Below are positions 27,940 through 38,404 of a stretch of 64,000 bases of DNA, one piece after another. Position numbers and translations under genes: made by a program. Each line of letters begins with the position of its first letter. The stretch's first letter is position 1. The DNA is from Armatimonadota bacterium (lineage in GTDB: Bacteria > Armatimonadota > SYMT01): the NCBI GenBank assembly GCA_041690135.1, contig JAWLHY010000015.1:64001-128000 (forward strand). The letters run 5' to 3'. The notes under the pieces are model-generated. The model was not told the DNA's origin. It did no database searches and was given only the letters and a program-made list of their open reading frames with translations.

Positions 27940-28050
27940 GTTCAGAGGTTCAAGTGCTCGCGAGATTGAGTGTTTGGGGCCCCAACGGGGGTTAATGTTC
28001 GGGTGCGGAGCGCTGGGTTGCCCATCGGGTGGGGAGCGCCGGGCTGCCCC

Positions 28051-28097
28051 ACTCTTACTCTTACTCTTACTCTTACTCTTACTCTTACTCCTACTCC
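28051..28097. repeat. Hexamer simple repeat (ACTCTT)6 + ACTCCT
   Basis: Read directly; a related (TACTCC)n tract occurs near 63069-63094. Confidence 0.9.
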
Positions 28098-28697
28098 CTT
28101 GCCATCCTTATCCCTTTGCCGGTTGGAGGTTCGAGGAGACGGCCGGAGATTCCCTGCACCCGTATCTGCTCAGTGCCCTGCACAAAACCCTTGGACCCGA
28201 GCGCGGTGGACGTCTCCTGGACCCCACCGAACCCTCTCGCGGGAATTGTGTGTAGTTTTGTGTAACAAGCAACCAGGGGTTTTGTGTATTGTGTGGATTG
28301 TGTGTATAGGGAGCCGGGGGTAAAACGTGCGGTGCTCCGGCACCCGCACCCGGGAAACCGCACGCCCTGGCGAGCGGCGGATAACCGCACCAGTCATGGT
28401 TCCTGAACCCGCTCAGTTTCTCCCACGCATCCCTTAGGATTTGCACCCACGACAATAGACCACCGCCAACCTGCCGCCGTTCTGGGCTGCGCCGGAAGCC
28501 CCTCTTCTTCCGTTCGGACCGGGTATCCACGAGTGGGTGATGGGCTGCGTCGCCCGTACGGGCCGTATGGAAGAAGGGCCGGGTACGCTCGGAGTGGGTG
28601 GCGGGGGATGAGGTTTCGGGGGGCGGACTGTGTCTCCTCACAGGCCCTGTTAAGCGGATTGCCTCCCGCAAACGAAACCGGGGTGGGAGGTTATCGC

Positions 28698-29126
28698 ATG
28701 CCATCCCCCCTTACCTACACGGAAAGCCTGGACGGGATCGATTGGGAGGCGTTGAAGGCCGATTTGGCCGCGGACCGCTTCGATAACGGCCGGTCGCCGG
28801 AGCAGCTCCGCCGGTCGTTCGAGAACAGCTGCGCGGTGGTACTGGCCTGCCGCGGCGAGCGCGTCATCGGGACGGCGCGGGTGCTGTCGGATGGGGTCTG
28901 CAACGCCTATGTCGTGGATGTCTGGACCCAATCCGAGTTCCGCCGCCAGGAGATCGGCAGACAGATGATGGAGATCCTGCTGTCGCGGCTGGAAGGGCAG
29001 CACGTTTACCTCTTCACCGACGATGCCACCGGTTTCTACCGGAAACTCGGCTTCGAGGAGCAGCCCACCGGCCTCGGCCGCGTCGTCGGCACCTGGCTCC
29101 AAACGCCACCGCAGGAGTTTGGCTAG
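28698..29126 (+). CDS. GNAT family N-acetyltransferase
   Basis: GGAGG SD; IGTARVLSDG, DVWTQSEFRRQEIG, FYRKLGF. Confidence 0.9.
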   Translation: MPSPLTYTESLDGIDWEALKADLAADRFDNGRSPEQLRRSFENSCAVVLACRGERVIGTARVLSDGVCNAYVVDVWTQSEFRRQEIGRQMMEILLSRLEGQHVYLFTDDATGFYRKLGFEEQPTGLGRVVGTWLQTPPQEFG

Positions 29127-29509
29127 AGAGTCAGGCAGGCGCACGACGGTCGGGGCGCGAACCTCAATAGGTCCAGGAGCAGCCTCGCTTTGGGTCCGGA
29201 AGTAGTCCCGCTTTGGCACACCGGGTTCCGTGCCCGGAGTCGGGAAACGCCGCAGCATGCGGCGACTCCACACCAAGCACCAAGACGGCGATCACTTCCC
29301 CTGATCCGGTGCGAGTTCTAGACGGGCTAGAATTGGAACGCCACGAACCGACTCTTCGGATCGCACCGAGCCAACAACTAACGAGCCTCCCTCCTGATAC
29401 CAACCTCACGCATCACGCATTACGCATCACGCACGGCCCGAACACCGCCGTCCTGCCCCTTCCCCGAGCGTAGGGGCCGTCATCCCCGGTCACTGAACAC
29501 GCACGCCAG

Positions 29510-29538
29510 TTGACAGGCGTTGTCCACCGGGGTACGAT
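29510..29538 (+). promoter_or_regulatory. Sigma70-type promoter
   Basis: TTGACA-17 nt-TACGAT upstream of the PpiC gene. Confidence 0.7.
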
Positions 29539-29634
29539 TTGCCCGGGCGCGACGGCTGCCGCGCCGCGCCCGCTTACCTCTTTAACTCCGGCAGTCCGTC
29601 CCCGATCCCGGTGTTCCGCCGGCCTGGAGCCGCC

Positions 29635-30696
29635 ATGCGCTATCCCGTTTTGATCCTCCTCGGCGCCGCTATCGCCGTTGCGCCCGCCGCCGCCCAGAAG
29701 AAGCGGCCGGCCACCCCGGCAAAGAAGGCTCCCGCGAAGAAAGCGCCGGCCAAGAAGCCCTCGACCGCGGCGAAGAAGCCGGCTCCGGGGCCGGATCTGC
29801 CCTCGAAGCTCCCGCTCTCCGCCCCGTTCTGCGTCGTGAACGGGGTGAAGGTCCCCCTCTCCGCCTACGTGGACGCCCTGAGCCTGCGGTACGGTCCGGA
29901 CATCCGCGAGCAACTCGTGGCGGAAGCGCTGCTGCGGCAGGAGGCCAAGCGCCGCGGGATCACCGCGACGGCGGCGGAGGTACAGGCCGCGGTGGATCGC
30001 GCCTACCAGAAAACGGTGAGCGACAAAGGTGACGAGAAGGCCCTAGCGGCGGACCTCAAGGCGACTCGCGGCTGGACCCTGAGCGATTTCCGGGCGGTCA
30101 TCCGCGCGCAGGCTGACCTTCAGGTACTGCAGGAGAAACTGGGACAGTCTCTCGTCAAGCCGACCGATATCAAGGCGGAGGAGATCCAGAAGGAGTACGA
30201 CAGCCGGACCGAGCTGTTCACCCAGCCGGACGCGGTCTGGATCTCGCACATCCTGGTGCGGCGCCCCGCGGATGACGAGCCGAACCGGGAAGATAAGGAC
30301 CGGCAGGCCCGGATCCTCGCGGAGGAATACCTCAAGCGGATCAAGGGGGGCGCGGCGTTCGAGCAGGTGGCCAAGGAAGGCTCCCAGGATAATGCCACCG
30401 GCCCCAAGGGTGGGAAGGTCCCCACCGGCATCGTGCGCGGCAAAAACCCCTTCGGCGCCGCGTTCGAGGCGGTGGTCTACAACTCCCCAGTCGGGCTGGT
30501 AAACCAGGTGATCCCCACGCCGATGGGCTACCACGTGATCCGCGTGGACCAGAAGAAGGAAGAGCGGACCCTACCGCTCGCGGAGGTGAAGGACCAGATC
30601 GTCGGCGCGCTGCTGGCCCAGCACCGGGCGCGGGCGCTGGATGAACTGTTCGTGCAGCTCCGCACCAAGGCCCAGATCGAAACCGGGAAGTTCTGA
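29635..30696 (+). CDS. PpiC-type peptidyl-prolyl isomerase (PrsA/SurA-like), exported
   Basis: Signal peptide, K/A/P-rich linker, ISHILV, FEQVAKEGSQD, TPMGYHVI. Confidence 0.88.
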   Translation: MRYPVLILLGAAIAVAPAAAQKKRPATPAKKAPAKKAPAKKPSTAAKKPAPGPDLPSKLPLSAPFCVVNGVKVPLSAYVDALSLRYGPDIREQLVAEALLRQEAKRRGITATAAEVQAAVDRAYQKTVSDKGDEKALAADLKATRGWTLSDFRAVIRAQADLQVLQEKLGQSLVKPTDIKAEEIQKEYDSRTELFTQPDAVWISHILVRRPADDEPNREDKDRQARILAEEYLKRIKGGAAFEQVAKEGSQDNATGPKGGKVPTGIVRGKNPFGAAFEAVVYNSPVGLVNQVIPTPMGYHVIRVDQKKEERTLPLAEVKDQIVGALLAQHRARALDELFVQLRTKAQIETGKF

Positions 30697-31406
30697 TGAA
30701 GTGCTCCCGGCGGTGGATGCTGACGGGCCTGGGGCTCGGGGGACCGGCGCTTGCCGGCTGCCGCTCCAGTCTCGTACGCCGGGGAGTAGAACGACGGATC
30801 GAGCGCCGGCTGGAAAGCCTGGTGGGACCGGCCGACCGGTACCGGGTCCGGATCCTGAAGACCCGCGATTCCGAGCTGGTCCTCGGGCGCGCGCACCATG
30901 TGGAGATCGAAGGCTACAACATCTTCGCGCGCCGGCAGGTCCGGGTGGAAGCACTCCGGATGCGCCTCTTCGACCTGGTCTACGAGGGTGGGGAGCCCTA
31001 CTTCGTGAGTCTCCGCCACAGCGACCTGGAGATCCAGATCACGGAGCAGGCGCTGAACGACTACCTGGACACCTATCACGCCCGATATAGCCCGGAAGTC
31101 CGCCTGAACGGCGACCGCGTGTACGTGCACATGGTCTATAACTTCCTGGGAGCGCCCACCACCCTTCGGGCCAACGGGCGTTTCTACGTGCAGGAGGGAA
31201 CCCGCCTGGTGTTCGACGCCGAGGCGGCGGACGTGTCGTTTATCAACACCCCCGGGTTCGGCGAGAAGTTCATCGAAGACCGGGTCAATCCGCTGCTCGA
31301 CCTGAAGCACATCGAGTTCCCGGCCCACCTGGAAAGCGTGGAGATCCGCGACGGGCGGATCCGCGCGCGCGGCACGGCGCACATCCTACCGGATATCCAC
31401 AGTTGA
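30696..31406 (+). CDS. DUF2993/LmeA-like exported (lipo)protein
   Basis: SRRWML twin-arginine-like leader with LAGC lipobox; ITEQALNDYL; RVNPLLDL. Confidence 0.65.
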   Translation: MKCSRRWMLTGLGLGGPALAGCRSSLVRRGVERRIERRLESLVGPADRYRVRILKTRDSELVLGRAHHVEIEGYNIFARRQVRVEALRMRLFDLVYEGGEPYFVSLRHSDLEIQITEQALNDYLDTYHARYSPEVRLNGDRVYVHMVYNFLGAPTTLRANGRFYVQEGTRLVFDAEAADVSFINTPGFGEKFIEDRVNPLLDLKHIEFPAHLESVEIRDGRIRARGTAHILPDIHS

Positions 31407-31569
31407 GCGAAGCGCGACGGCCTCGGACCGGCTCCGGGGCGCCGCCACACCTACGGAAAGCACCGAGCGCATGAGAGGCTCGTCACGCAGCGGCCGTTCC
31501 GCCGCCATCGCCATAGCCCCCCTGGGGTCGGCATCTCCCACCCGCGGCCATGTGGCCTGGGATGCGGCG

Positions 31570-33912
31570 ATGGCCGCCTACCTGTTCACCGTCGACGATG
31601 TCACCTACCGCGTCAACGTGGGCGACCCGGAGGAGCATTCCGGGCTGTTGACCCTCGACGGACGAGTCGGCGACGGGCCGTGGCAGCCGCTGCTGCGCGA
31701 AGCAGGAATGCTCTTCCGCGAGGCGGAAGGGGGGATCCTGCCGCCGGACGCCACGCACCAGCGGTGCGAACTGCAGTTGCTGTCCCATTCCCTCCGTGGG
31801 CGGCAGGTCCAGTTGAAGTATGAAGAACTGGCGGGGAAAGTCGCCCTCCGCCGGAACCTGCAGATCCGCCTGCGCGGGGGCTCGCTGGAGATCCAGGTGA
31901 CTGCTCCGGGAGGTGCGCCGGGAGAGGCGTTCTGCGGGTTTTCTCTGGGGCCGCTGGGACCGGAAGGGGCGCGGTCTCTCCACATCCCTGGTCTTCCCGA
32001 CCCGCTTATGCAACTAGGATCCGGCTCCGAAGAGGAAGGCCCGGTAGGGTTCCTGGCGGCGTATGTGGACCGTTACGCGGGCGATGCCAGCGCCTACCCA
32101 CCCGGCGGCGCCTTCTACCGCCTCAACACCGCCGGCGTTTCCGCGGCCCTGAACGATACCTTCTACCTCACGCTCAGCCGGGATCCCCTGGACCCGCTCC
32201 CCGGTCTCGATCGTCCTCCTGCCCCGCACCGCGAGTCGCTGCTCCCGCGGATCGTCCTCGACTTCTACAGTGAGAACCGGTATGAGGACGACGAGCGGCT
32301 CCTCCGGCTGATCCACCTGTATGGGCTGCAGGACGTGCTGCTGATCTACCGCAACTGGCAGCAGTTCGGCTATGAGCGCCGGGGGCCGTGCCTCTATCCC
32401 GCCCAGCCGGACCGCGGCGGCAACCACGAGTTCCGGCGCATGCTCCAGGCCGCGGACGAGGCCGGCTGGCTGGTGGCCCTGCGGGAGGAATACGCCACCG
32501 TTACCCCCGACAGCCCCTACTTCGATGAGAAGGTGGTGGCGGAGTGGTGGGATGGCCAGCCCCGGCAGAGCCAGCGCTCCGGCCAGTTCGGCATCGCCGC
32601 GGACCGGATGCTCGATTTCGCCCGCCTGGAAACGACCAAGATCCAGCGGAACTACCGTACCTCCGCAACCTTCGTGGACGGGCACACGGCGTGGAACCCG
32701 GAAGGGTGGTTCCGGCAGGTCGATGCGGACCCCAAGAGCACCGTGCAAAGCGAAGCCCGGGCCATCGCCCAGGTGGACGGCCTGCTGGAGTTCCTGCGGG
32801 ACATCCACGGCGGCCCCGTGGTCGGCGCCGCGGGAGACGGGGTCCACCGCTTCGACACCTTCGCCGAGGGTCTGGCCGAGGGCGTGGTCCGAGGCCCGGA
32901 CGGCGGCCACACCGCGGAACTGGTGCTGGACTACGAGCTGCGGGAGGTCCGCCCGCGCCTGCTTGGGATCGGGGCCGGCTCTTATCGTCAGTTCTGCGGT
33001 CACCCCACGGGTGAGCCGGTCGAAGCCGGCCGGATCGACTGGGACGCCTATCGGGCGGTCGAGATCGCCATGGGGCACCTGGGCTACCTGGGGAATTACC
33101 GCATCAAGCCCGGCCCCCGCGGGATCTCCTTCCCCGGGGGCAGCGCCGCCAACGCCGTTCGCGAGTACTTCCTGCTGCGCCAGTTGCAGGAGCTGATGAC
33201 CACCAGCCCGGTCCGCGAGATCCGCTACGCGGACGAGGAAGACGTCTACGTCACACTGCCGGAAGCGCTCGCCCTGTATCTCAACCTGAGCCGGCCGCGG
33301 CTTTACGTGGAATACGGCAACGGCCTCACCGTGTGGGTCAACCGCAGTGAGAAGGTGTGGACCGTCGAACTCGACGAGGCCACCTACGCGTTGCCGCCCA
33401 ACGGCTTCCTCGCCAGCGCCCCGCGCCAGAAGTTCCTGGCCTACTCGGCCAACCTCCACGGCAGCCGCGCCGACTTCTGCCAGGCCTCCGACTACACCTT
33501 CGCCGACGGCCGCGGGCCCGGCGTCCGGACCATCGAAGGTATCGCCTGCGACGGCGGCGTGGCCCTCCTCAAGAGCGCGGTCCAGGGACGGCAGGACGTG
33601 GTGTTGGTCGGCGCGCGCCAATTGACCGTGGAAGGTGAGGAATACCGCCTCTCCGAGCGCGGCGATCTCCGCCTCACCCACCTCTCCCCGCGCGAGCTGG
33701 AGGTGACCATCCTGGACACCGAGAGCGGCAAGCCCGCGCACGTCACCTGGCCGAACTTTACCCTGGCCTGGAAAAGCCAGAAGATCGAAGTGGCCGAAGT
33801 CGTCCGCGGCGCCCTGGTCTCCAGCCGCTGCCAGGTCCAGCAAACCCGCAACGGCCCGCAGCTCAGCCGCGCCCAACCCGGCGTCACCTACCGCATCACC
33901 GTCCCCGCCTAG
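31570..33912 (+). CDS. Large hypothetical protein, DUF5696/glycoside-hydrolase-like TIM barrel
   Basis: YGLQDVLLIYRNWQQFGYERRGPCLYPA...GG...GWLVAL pattern; high-GC3 coding. Confidence 0.6.
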   Translation: MAAYLFTVDDVTYRVNVGDPEEHSGLLTLDGRVGDGPWQPLLREAGMLFREAEGGILPPDATHQRCELQLLSHSLRGRQVQLKYEELAGKVALRRNLQIRLRGGSLEIQVTAPGGAPGEAFCGFSLGPLGPEGARSLHIPGLPDPLMQLGSGSEEEGPVGFLAAYVDRYAGDASAYPPGGAFYRLNTAGVSAALNDTFYLTLSRDPLDPLPGLDRPPAPHRESLLPRIVLDFYSENRYEDDERLLRLIHLYGLQDVLLIYRNWQQFGYERRGPCLYPAQPDRGGNHEFRRMLQAADEAGWLVALREEYATVTPDSPYFDEKVVAEWWDGQPRQSQRSGQFGIAADRMLDFARLETTKIQRNYRTSATFVDGHTAWNPEGWFRQVDADPKSTVQSEARAIAQVDGLLEFLRDIHGGPVVGAAGDGVHRFDTFAEGLAEGVVRGPDGGHTAELVLDYELREVRPRLLGIGAGSYRQFCGHPTGEPVEAGRIDWDAYRAVEIAMGHLGYLGNYRIKPGPRGISFPGGSAANAVREYFLLRQLQELMTTSPVREIRYADEEDVYVTLPEALALYLNLSRPRLYVEYGNGLTVWVNRSEKVWTVELDEATYALPPNGFLASAPRQKFLAYSANLHGSRADFCQASDYTFADGRGPGVRTIEGIACDGGVALLKSAVQGRQDVVLVGARQLTVEGEEYRLSERGDLRLTHLSPRELEVTILDTESGKPAHVTWPNFTLAWKSQKIEVAEVVRGALVSSRCQVQQTRNGPQLSRAQPGVTYRITVPA

Positions 33913-34988
33913 TCGAAGAGGGAACGGGGTGGGGGAGTGGCGGCGGCGGCTTCTTTGAGCTGGCGCTTGACCTCGATCACCTTGCGGCGGGCGCTGGCGA
34001 CGTCCTCGACGAGTGTCTCCAGGGCGGCGCCGTAGGCGGGGCCATCCAGGCGGAGGATGTAGGCGGGGTGGAACACCGCCATCGCCCAGGGCGCGTAGGT
34101 GCTGTTGGTAAACCACTTGCCGCGCTCGGAGGTGATGCGGAACCCCTTGTGGATGATCGTGTTGGCGGAGGGGCTACCCACGCAGACGATCACCAGCGGC
34201 TTGATGATCCGGAACTGCTCTTCCAGCCAGTCCTGGCACGCTCCCGTCTCTTCCGGGGTCGGCGGGCGGTTCTGGTACCGGCCCGAGACCATGTCCGCCG
34301 CGCGGCACTTTACCACGTTGGCAATGTAGACGTGTTCGCGGGTCATCCCGTTCCGGCGCAGCACCTCGTCCAGTAGCTTCCCCGCGCGTCCCACGAAGGG
34401 GCGGCCGGTGGCGTCCTCATTCTCTCCCGGACCCTCGCCCACGAACACCAGCGGCGCGTTGGGGTTGCCTTCGCCGAACACCACATGGGTCCGGGTACGG
34501 GAGAGGCCGCAGCGGGTGCACCCCAGCGCCGTCGCCCGCACCTCCGCCAGCTTCGTCGCCTTTTCCTCCGCGGTCAACACGCCGGCCACGGCCACCACCG
34601 GCGAAGGGGAAACCGGTGCCGCGGGCATCACTCGCACCGGCTCCAGGGCGGCCGCGCGCATCGGGGGAGCTTCCTCGCGGGGATCTCCCTGGGGAACCGG
34701 CGGTTCTTCGGGAGGGGCTTCCAGCGGAATCGGCTCTTCGTCCGGCGGCTCCTCCACGGGTAGGGGTGGCTCCTCCGGGGTGGGATGTTCCGACGCTTCC
34801 ACGTCGCCGATCACCGTACCTTCCGCCCGCACGGCGGTCAACCCGGCCACGGCGACCGGCTCTGCCACCACTCCGGCAAGGGGCTCCGCCGGTCCGTCCG
34901 CCGGGGAGGAGGGGGAAACTGCCGCGGAATCCGGGACCTTCGGCGCCGGCTCCAGTTCGTCGTCAAAGAGCGAGCCCTGAAAAGACAT
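33909..34988 (-). CDS. Family-4 uracil-DNA glycosylase with P/E-rich N-terminal extension
   Basis: CTRCGL, VFGEG, VGEGPG, GRPFVGRAG, NVVKCR, NRPP, FHPAYILR. Confidence 0.93.
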   Translation of the reverse strand: MSFQGSLFDDELEPAPKVPDSAAVSPSSPADGPAEPLAGVVAEPVAVAGLTAVRAEGTVIGDVEASEHPTPEEPPLPVEEPPDEEPIPLEAPPEEPPVPQGDPREEAPPMRAAALEPVRVMPAAPVSPSPVVAVAGVLTAEEKATKLAEVRATALGCTRCGLSRTRTHVVFGEGNPNAPLVFVGEGPGENEDATGRPFVGRAGKLLDEVLRRNGMTREHVYIANVVKCRAADMVSGRYQNRPPTPEETGACQDWLEEQFRIIKPLVIVCVGSPSANTIIHKGFRITSERGKWFTNSTYAPWAMAVFHPAYILRLDGPAYGAALETLVEDVASARRKVIEVKRQLKEAAAATPPPRSLFD

Positions 34989-35188
34989 GACGGTTAATTG
35001 TATCCGCGCCCGGTCTTCGCCCGCTCATGCCGCGCCGGATTGCCTTCGCGGTTCACACCGGGCGACCTACGCTCTCCTGATCGCATCTGATTCGCAGGGG
35101 TGCGCTGTGATAGATTCTGCCGTCACCACACGGACTGCAGGAGCGGCGGTGACAGTCTCCGTGTCGGACTTGATTCTCGGGAAGGCGA

Positions 35189-35602
35189 ATGCGCGTTCTG
35201 GTGTGTGGCAGCAAAAGGTGGACGGATGGGGAGGCGATCCGCCGCGAGTTGGAGCAGCTTCCCACCGACACGGTCCTGATCCACGGCGACAACGGCTACG
35301 ATGCACGCGGTCGCGGCCTCTGGGGCGAGCCGGATGAGCTCGCCGTGCGGGGCGCCGACAAGCTGGCCGGCGCGATTGGGACCAGCCTCGGGTTCATCGT
35401 CGAGCGCTATACGCCGGATTGGCAGCGGCACGGCCCCAAGGCGGGGCCCATCCGCAACTCCCGGATGCTGCGGGAGGGCAAGCCGGAGCTGGTGATCGCC
35501 TTTGCCAGCGACCTGGAGCGGAGCACCGGCACCCGCGATATGGTCCACAAGGCGCAAAAGGCGGGCATTCCCACCCGCCTCATCGGTGGGGGAGAACGGT
35601 AG
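35189..35602 (+). CDS. DUF2493 / YspA-cpYpsA-related SLOG family protein
   Basis: MRVLVCGSK, LIHG...GAD, DWQRHGPKAGPIRNSRML, GTRDMV. Confidence 0.85.
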   Translation: MRVLVCGSKRWTDGEAIRRELEQLPTDTVLIHGDNGYDARGRGLWGEPDELAVRGADKLAGAIGTSLGFIVERYTPDWQRHGPKAGPIRNSRMLREGKPELVIAFASDLERSTGTRDMVHKAQKAGIPTRLIGGGER

Positions 35603-35773
35603 TCATTTACCCTCCGGCGGTAGCGCCAACTTCGTTCCAGCCCACCGGATGTACGGAACCTTCGGCGCACCCACAGGCCGAAGGGGAACCTCTGGAACCA
35701 GGGCCTGCTCCACTCGCCAGGGGGCTTACCACAGTTTACCCGGCGGAGCATAGGGCACCGCAGAGTCAGGAGA

Positions 35774-36265
35774 CTAATCCGGCTGAAGGCCCCGGATCAC
35801 TTCCAGGAGCTTATCGTAAGTCACCCCCAGCATCTCGGGCAGCACCTTCGTTTCGCCGACCACCGGCATAAAGTTGGAGTCGCCGTTCCAGCGCGGCACG
35901 ATGTGCATATGGAGGTGGTCCGCAATCCCCGCGCCGGCCACCTTGCCCAGGTTCATGCCCAGGTTGAAGCCGTCCGGCTGGAACGCCTCGGTGAGCACCC
36001 GGACGCAGAACCGGGTCAGGCGCATCATCTCGGCCTGTTCCTCATCCGTCAGGCCCACCACGTCGGCCGTGTGGCGATAGGGTGCCACCATCAGGTGCCC
36101 GTTGTTATACGGGAACAGGTTCATGATCACGAAGCAGTGCTCGCCCCGGTAAAGGATCAACTCCTCACGGTCGTTGCCGCTCTCCGGCTTGGTGCAGAAG
36201 ATACAACCGGTCGGCTTCTTCACTTCGATATAGGCCATCCGCCACGGCGCCCAGAGCCTCTCCAT
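35774..36265 (-). CDS. HIT family hydrolase (Ap4A phosphorylase/FHIT-like)
   Basis: LWAPWR, CIFC, NLFPYNNGH, HLHMHIVPRW. Confidence 0.93.
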   Translation of the reverse strand: MERLWAPWRMAYIEVKKPTGCIFCTKPESGNDREELILYRGEHCFVIMNLFPYNNGHLMVAPYRHTADVVGLTDEEQAEMMRLTRFCVRVLTEAFQPDGFNLGMNLGKVAGAGIADHLHMHIVPRWNGDSNFMPVVGETKVLPEMLGVTYDKLLEVIRGLQPD

Positions 36266-36565
36266 GCGCGTTCGTCTCCTTTCAACTCCCTCAGTTTAAC
36301 ACCTGCGTTCCGCACCACCCAGAGACTGCATCTGGCCCGCCTTCAAGGCCGAGCACCAGTTCTCCTGTTCCTATCCGATTGAAACTCATCCACCTTCTCA
36401 CGGCCTCACTCCTGCGCCCGAGTGGATCCGTGACCCCCGCTCCGACCCCTACGTCCGCCCACCATTCACCACTCCACCACTCACCACGCCACCTGCCTTC
36501 ACCCTCTCTTCCCCTCTCCGTGACCTACTCCATGTCTCCGTGTCTCCGTGGTGATGCGTTCAACC

Positions 36566-38362
36566 TCAAGCGGCTTCGGCTTCCCGCTCCCGCAGGCTCT
36601 CGATGTCGTGGACACTCCGCCGGAAGACCAGCCAGGCGATCACCAGGTTCACAGGCACCATCTGCAGGGAGAAGAGGGCCAGGGGCGAGCGGTCGAGATA
36701 AGTGCCGATGTACTCCACCTGCGTCCACTTCCACATGAAGATCAGCCCCTCCAGCATCACGGTGTAGACCGCCAGGCACCCGGCGCAGAACAGGTCCTTG
36801 ATCTCCACGCTGTTCTGGGCGGACCCGGCCAGGCCGGCACTCAGCACCAGGCCCATACTGGCCAACCAGAGGCCCTGGGCCAGGAACACTTCCAGGTCCC
36901 GGCCGTTCGCCACCAGCATCAGGCCACCGAGAAAGCTGAGCGGGATCGGGAGGGCCCGTACCACACCCACGATCAGGGCGGCGCCCCAGCGGCCGCGGAC
37001 TAGCGCCTCGGTGGTGAGGGGGGTCGTGAAGATCTGGACCAGGGTGGTACACCGGCGCTCCGTACCCCACATCGCCAGGGAGCGGCCGCCGTAGGCCAGC
37101 AGGGCGGGCAGGATGAACCACGAGCCCAGCAGCAGGGCTCCCGCGCCGGTATTGCGCAGCCAGGGCGAGAGGGCGGGGCTCGCGGTCCGGGTCACGCCGA
37201 CCAGCGGCGCCGCCATCGCCCCCAGGAGCGCGCTGCCCGCCAGGATGCCGGCACAGTAGAGCAGGAACTGCCGGGTCAGACCCGCACCGCGGAGGGTGGC
37301 TCGCAGGTCGCGGACCAACACCGGGTTGTCGAAAACCCGCGAGAGACGGTCGATCTCGCGCCGGGCCAGGGGATCTTCCGATTCCGGACGCCGCGGACGG
37401 GGCGCCGCTGGTTTCTTGAAGAGGGCCGGCGGCGCTGCCACCAGCACGGCCGCCGCCATCGCCGCCAGCGAGATGAACAGGTAGGCCGGTCCGGTTCCCA
37501 CCCCGAACGAACGCATGTACCCGATGAACAGGAAGCAGGCCATCCCCGTGGCGAAACAGCGCCCGCCGAACCGCGCCGTTTCGGCCCAGCGCCCTGCCGG
37601 GTGGGCGGTGGCGTACGCCGCTCCGAAGGCCGCCACCAGGTACGCGCCCATCAGCCAGAGAAGGCCAGCCAGGGTGGAGAGACGCGCGTCGAAGAATAGC
37701 TCCTGCGCGTAGGGAGCGCTCTTGTCGCCCAGGGCGAACCGCATCCAGTGCTCGCTCATCCGCAGCAGGACCAGCGAGATCCATGCCGGCAGCGCCAGCA
37801 AGAGCAGGTCCCGCCGGGATGCCGACTGGTTCATTCGCTGTCCCTGCCGGAGTGGGCTGCGCAGTCCCTCGGGCGGGGTGAGCAGCGCCATTCCGAAGGC
37901 GAGGAGGCCGACACACGCCGCCAGGAGCATTCCCGGCTCGAGCTGCCGGGGCAGGAAGTGGCCGCGCACGACCATGGCCGCGTAGACCGGCGTGGAGGAA
38001 AACCAGACCAGCCCCAGGGCATAAAGGGGGAACACCAGCTTCTGGGTGAGCCAGCGGGCCGGGTGGTCCGAGATCAGCCGGAGACCCTCCAGCGCTCGCA
38101 GGCGATGCTCCACCCCGAACACCCGAGAGCCCATGATCCAGCCCACCGCCCCGCAGACAGACGCGTGGAACAGGCCCAGGAATACCAGCGCCAGCCCCTG
38201 CCACGCCTCCGCGGGGCGCAGGTGTCCCTGGGCGATCCGCTCCAGCAGCAGCAGGGGAATGAATAACAGCAGGTTCAGGATGACCAGCGGCCAGGCGATC
38301 GGCCCGAACTGGCGCCTGCCGAGAGCACGCAGCTCCCGGGTAAAAAACGGGTTCTCCGGCAT
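36566..38362 (-). CDS. Polytopic membrane protein, tandem ABC-2 permease-like
   Basis: Two NP..RELR/RDLR-initiated hydrophobic halves; ERRCTTLVQIFTTPL motif. Confidence 0.7.
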   Translation of the reverse strand: MPENPFFTRELRALGRRQFGPIAWPLVILNLLLFIPLLLLERIAQGHLRPAEAWQGLALVFLGLFHASVCGAVGWIMGSRVFGVEHRLRALEGLRLISDHPARWLTQKLVFPLYALGLVWFSSTPVYAAMVVRGHFLPRQLEPGMLLAACVGLLAFGMALLTPPEGLRSPLRQGQRMNQSASRRDLLLLALPAWISLVLLRMSEHWMRFALGDKSAPYAQELFFDARLSTLAGLLWLMGAYLVAAFGAAYATAHPAGRWAETARFGGRCFATGMACFLFIGYMRSFGVGTGPAYLFISLAAMAAAVLVAAPPALFKKPAAPRPRRPESEDPLARREIDRLSRVFDNPVLVRDLRATLRGAGLTRQFLLYCAGILAGSALLGAMAAPLVGVTRTASPALSPWLRNTGAGALLLGSWFILPALLAYGGRSLAMWGTERRCTTLVQIFTTPLTTEALVRGRWGAALIVGVVRALPIPLSFLGGLMLVANGRDLEVFLAQGLWLASMGLVLSAGLAGSAQNSVEIKDLFCAGCLAVYTVMLEGLIFMWKWTQVEYIGTYLDRSPLALFSLQMVPVNLVIAWLVFRRSVHDIESLREREAEAA

Positions 38363-38404
38363 AGAAGAATGATCGGAGGGGAAGCGGGCGAGCTTCAGAG
38401 GTTC

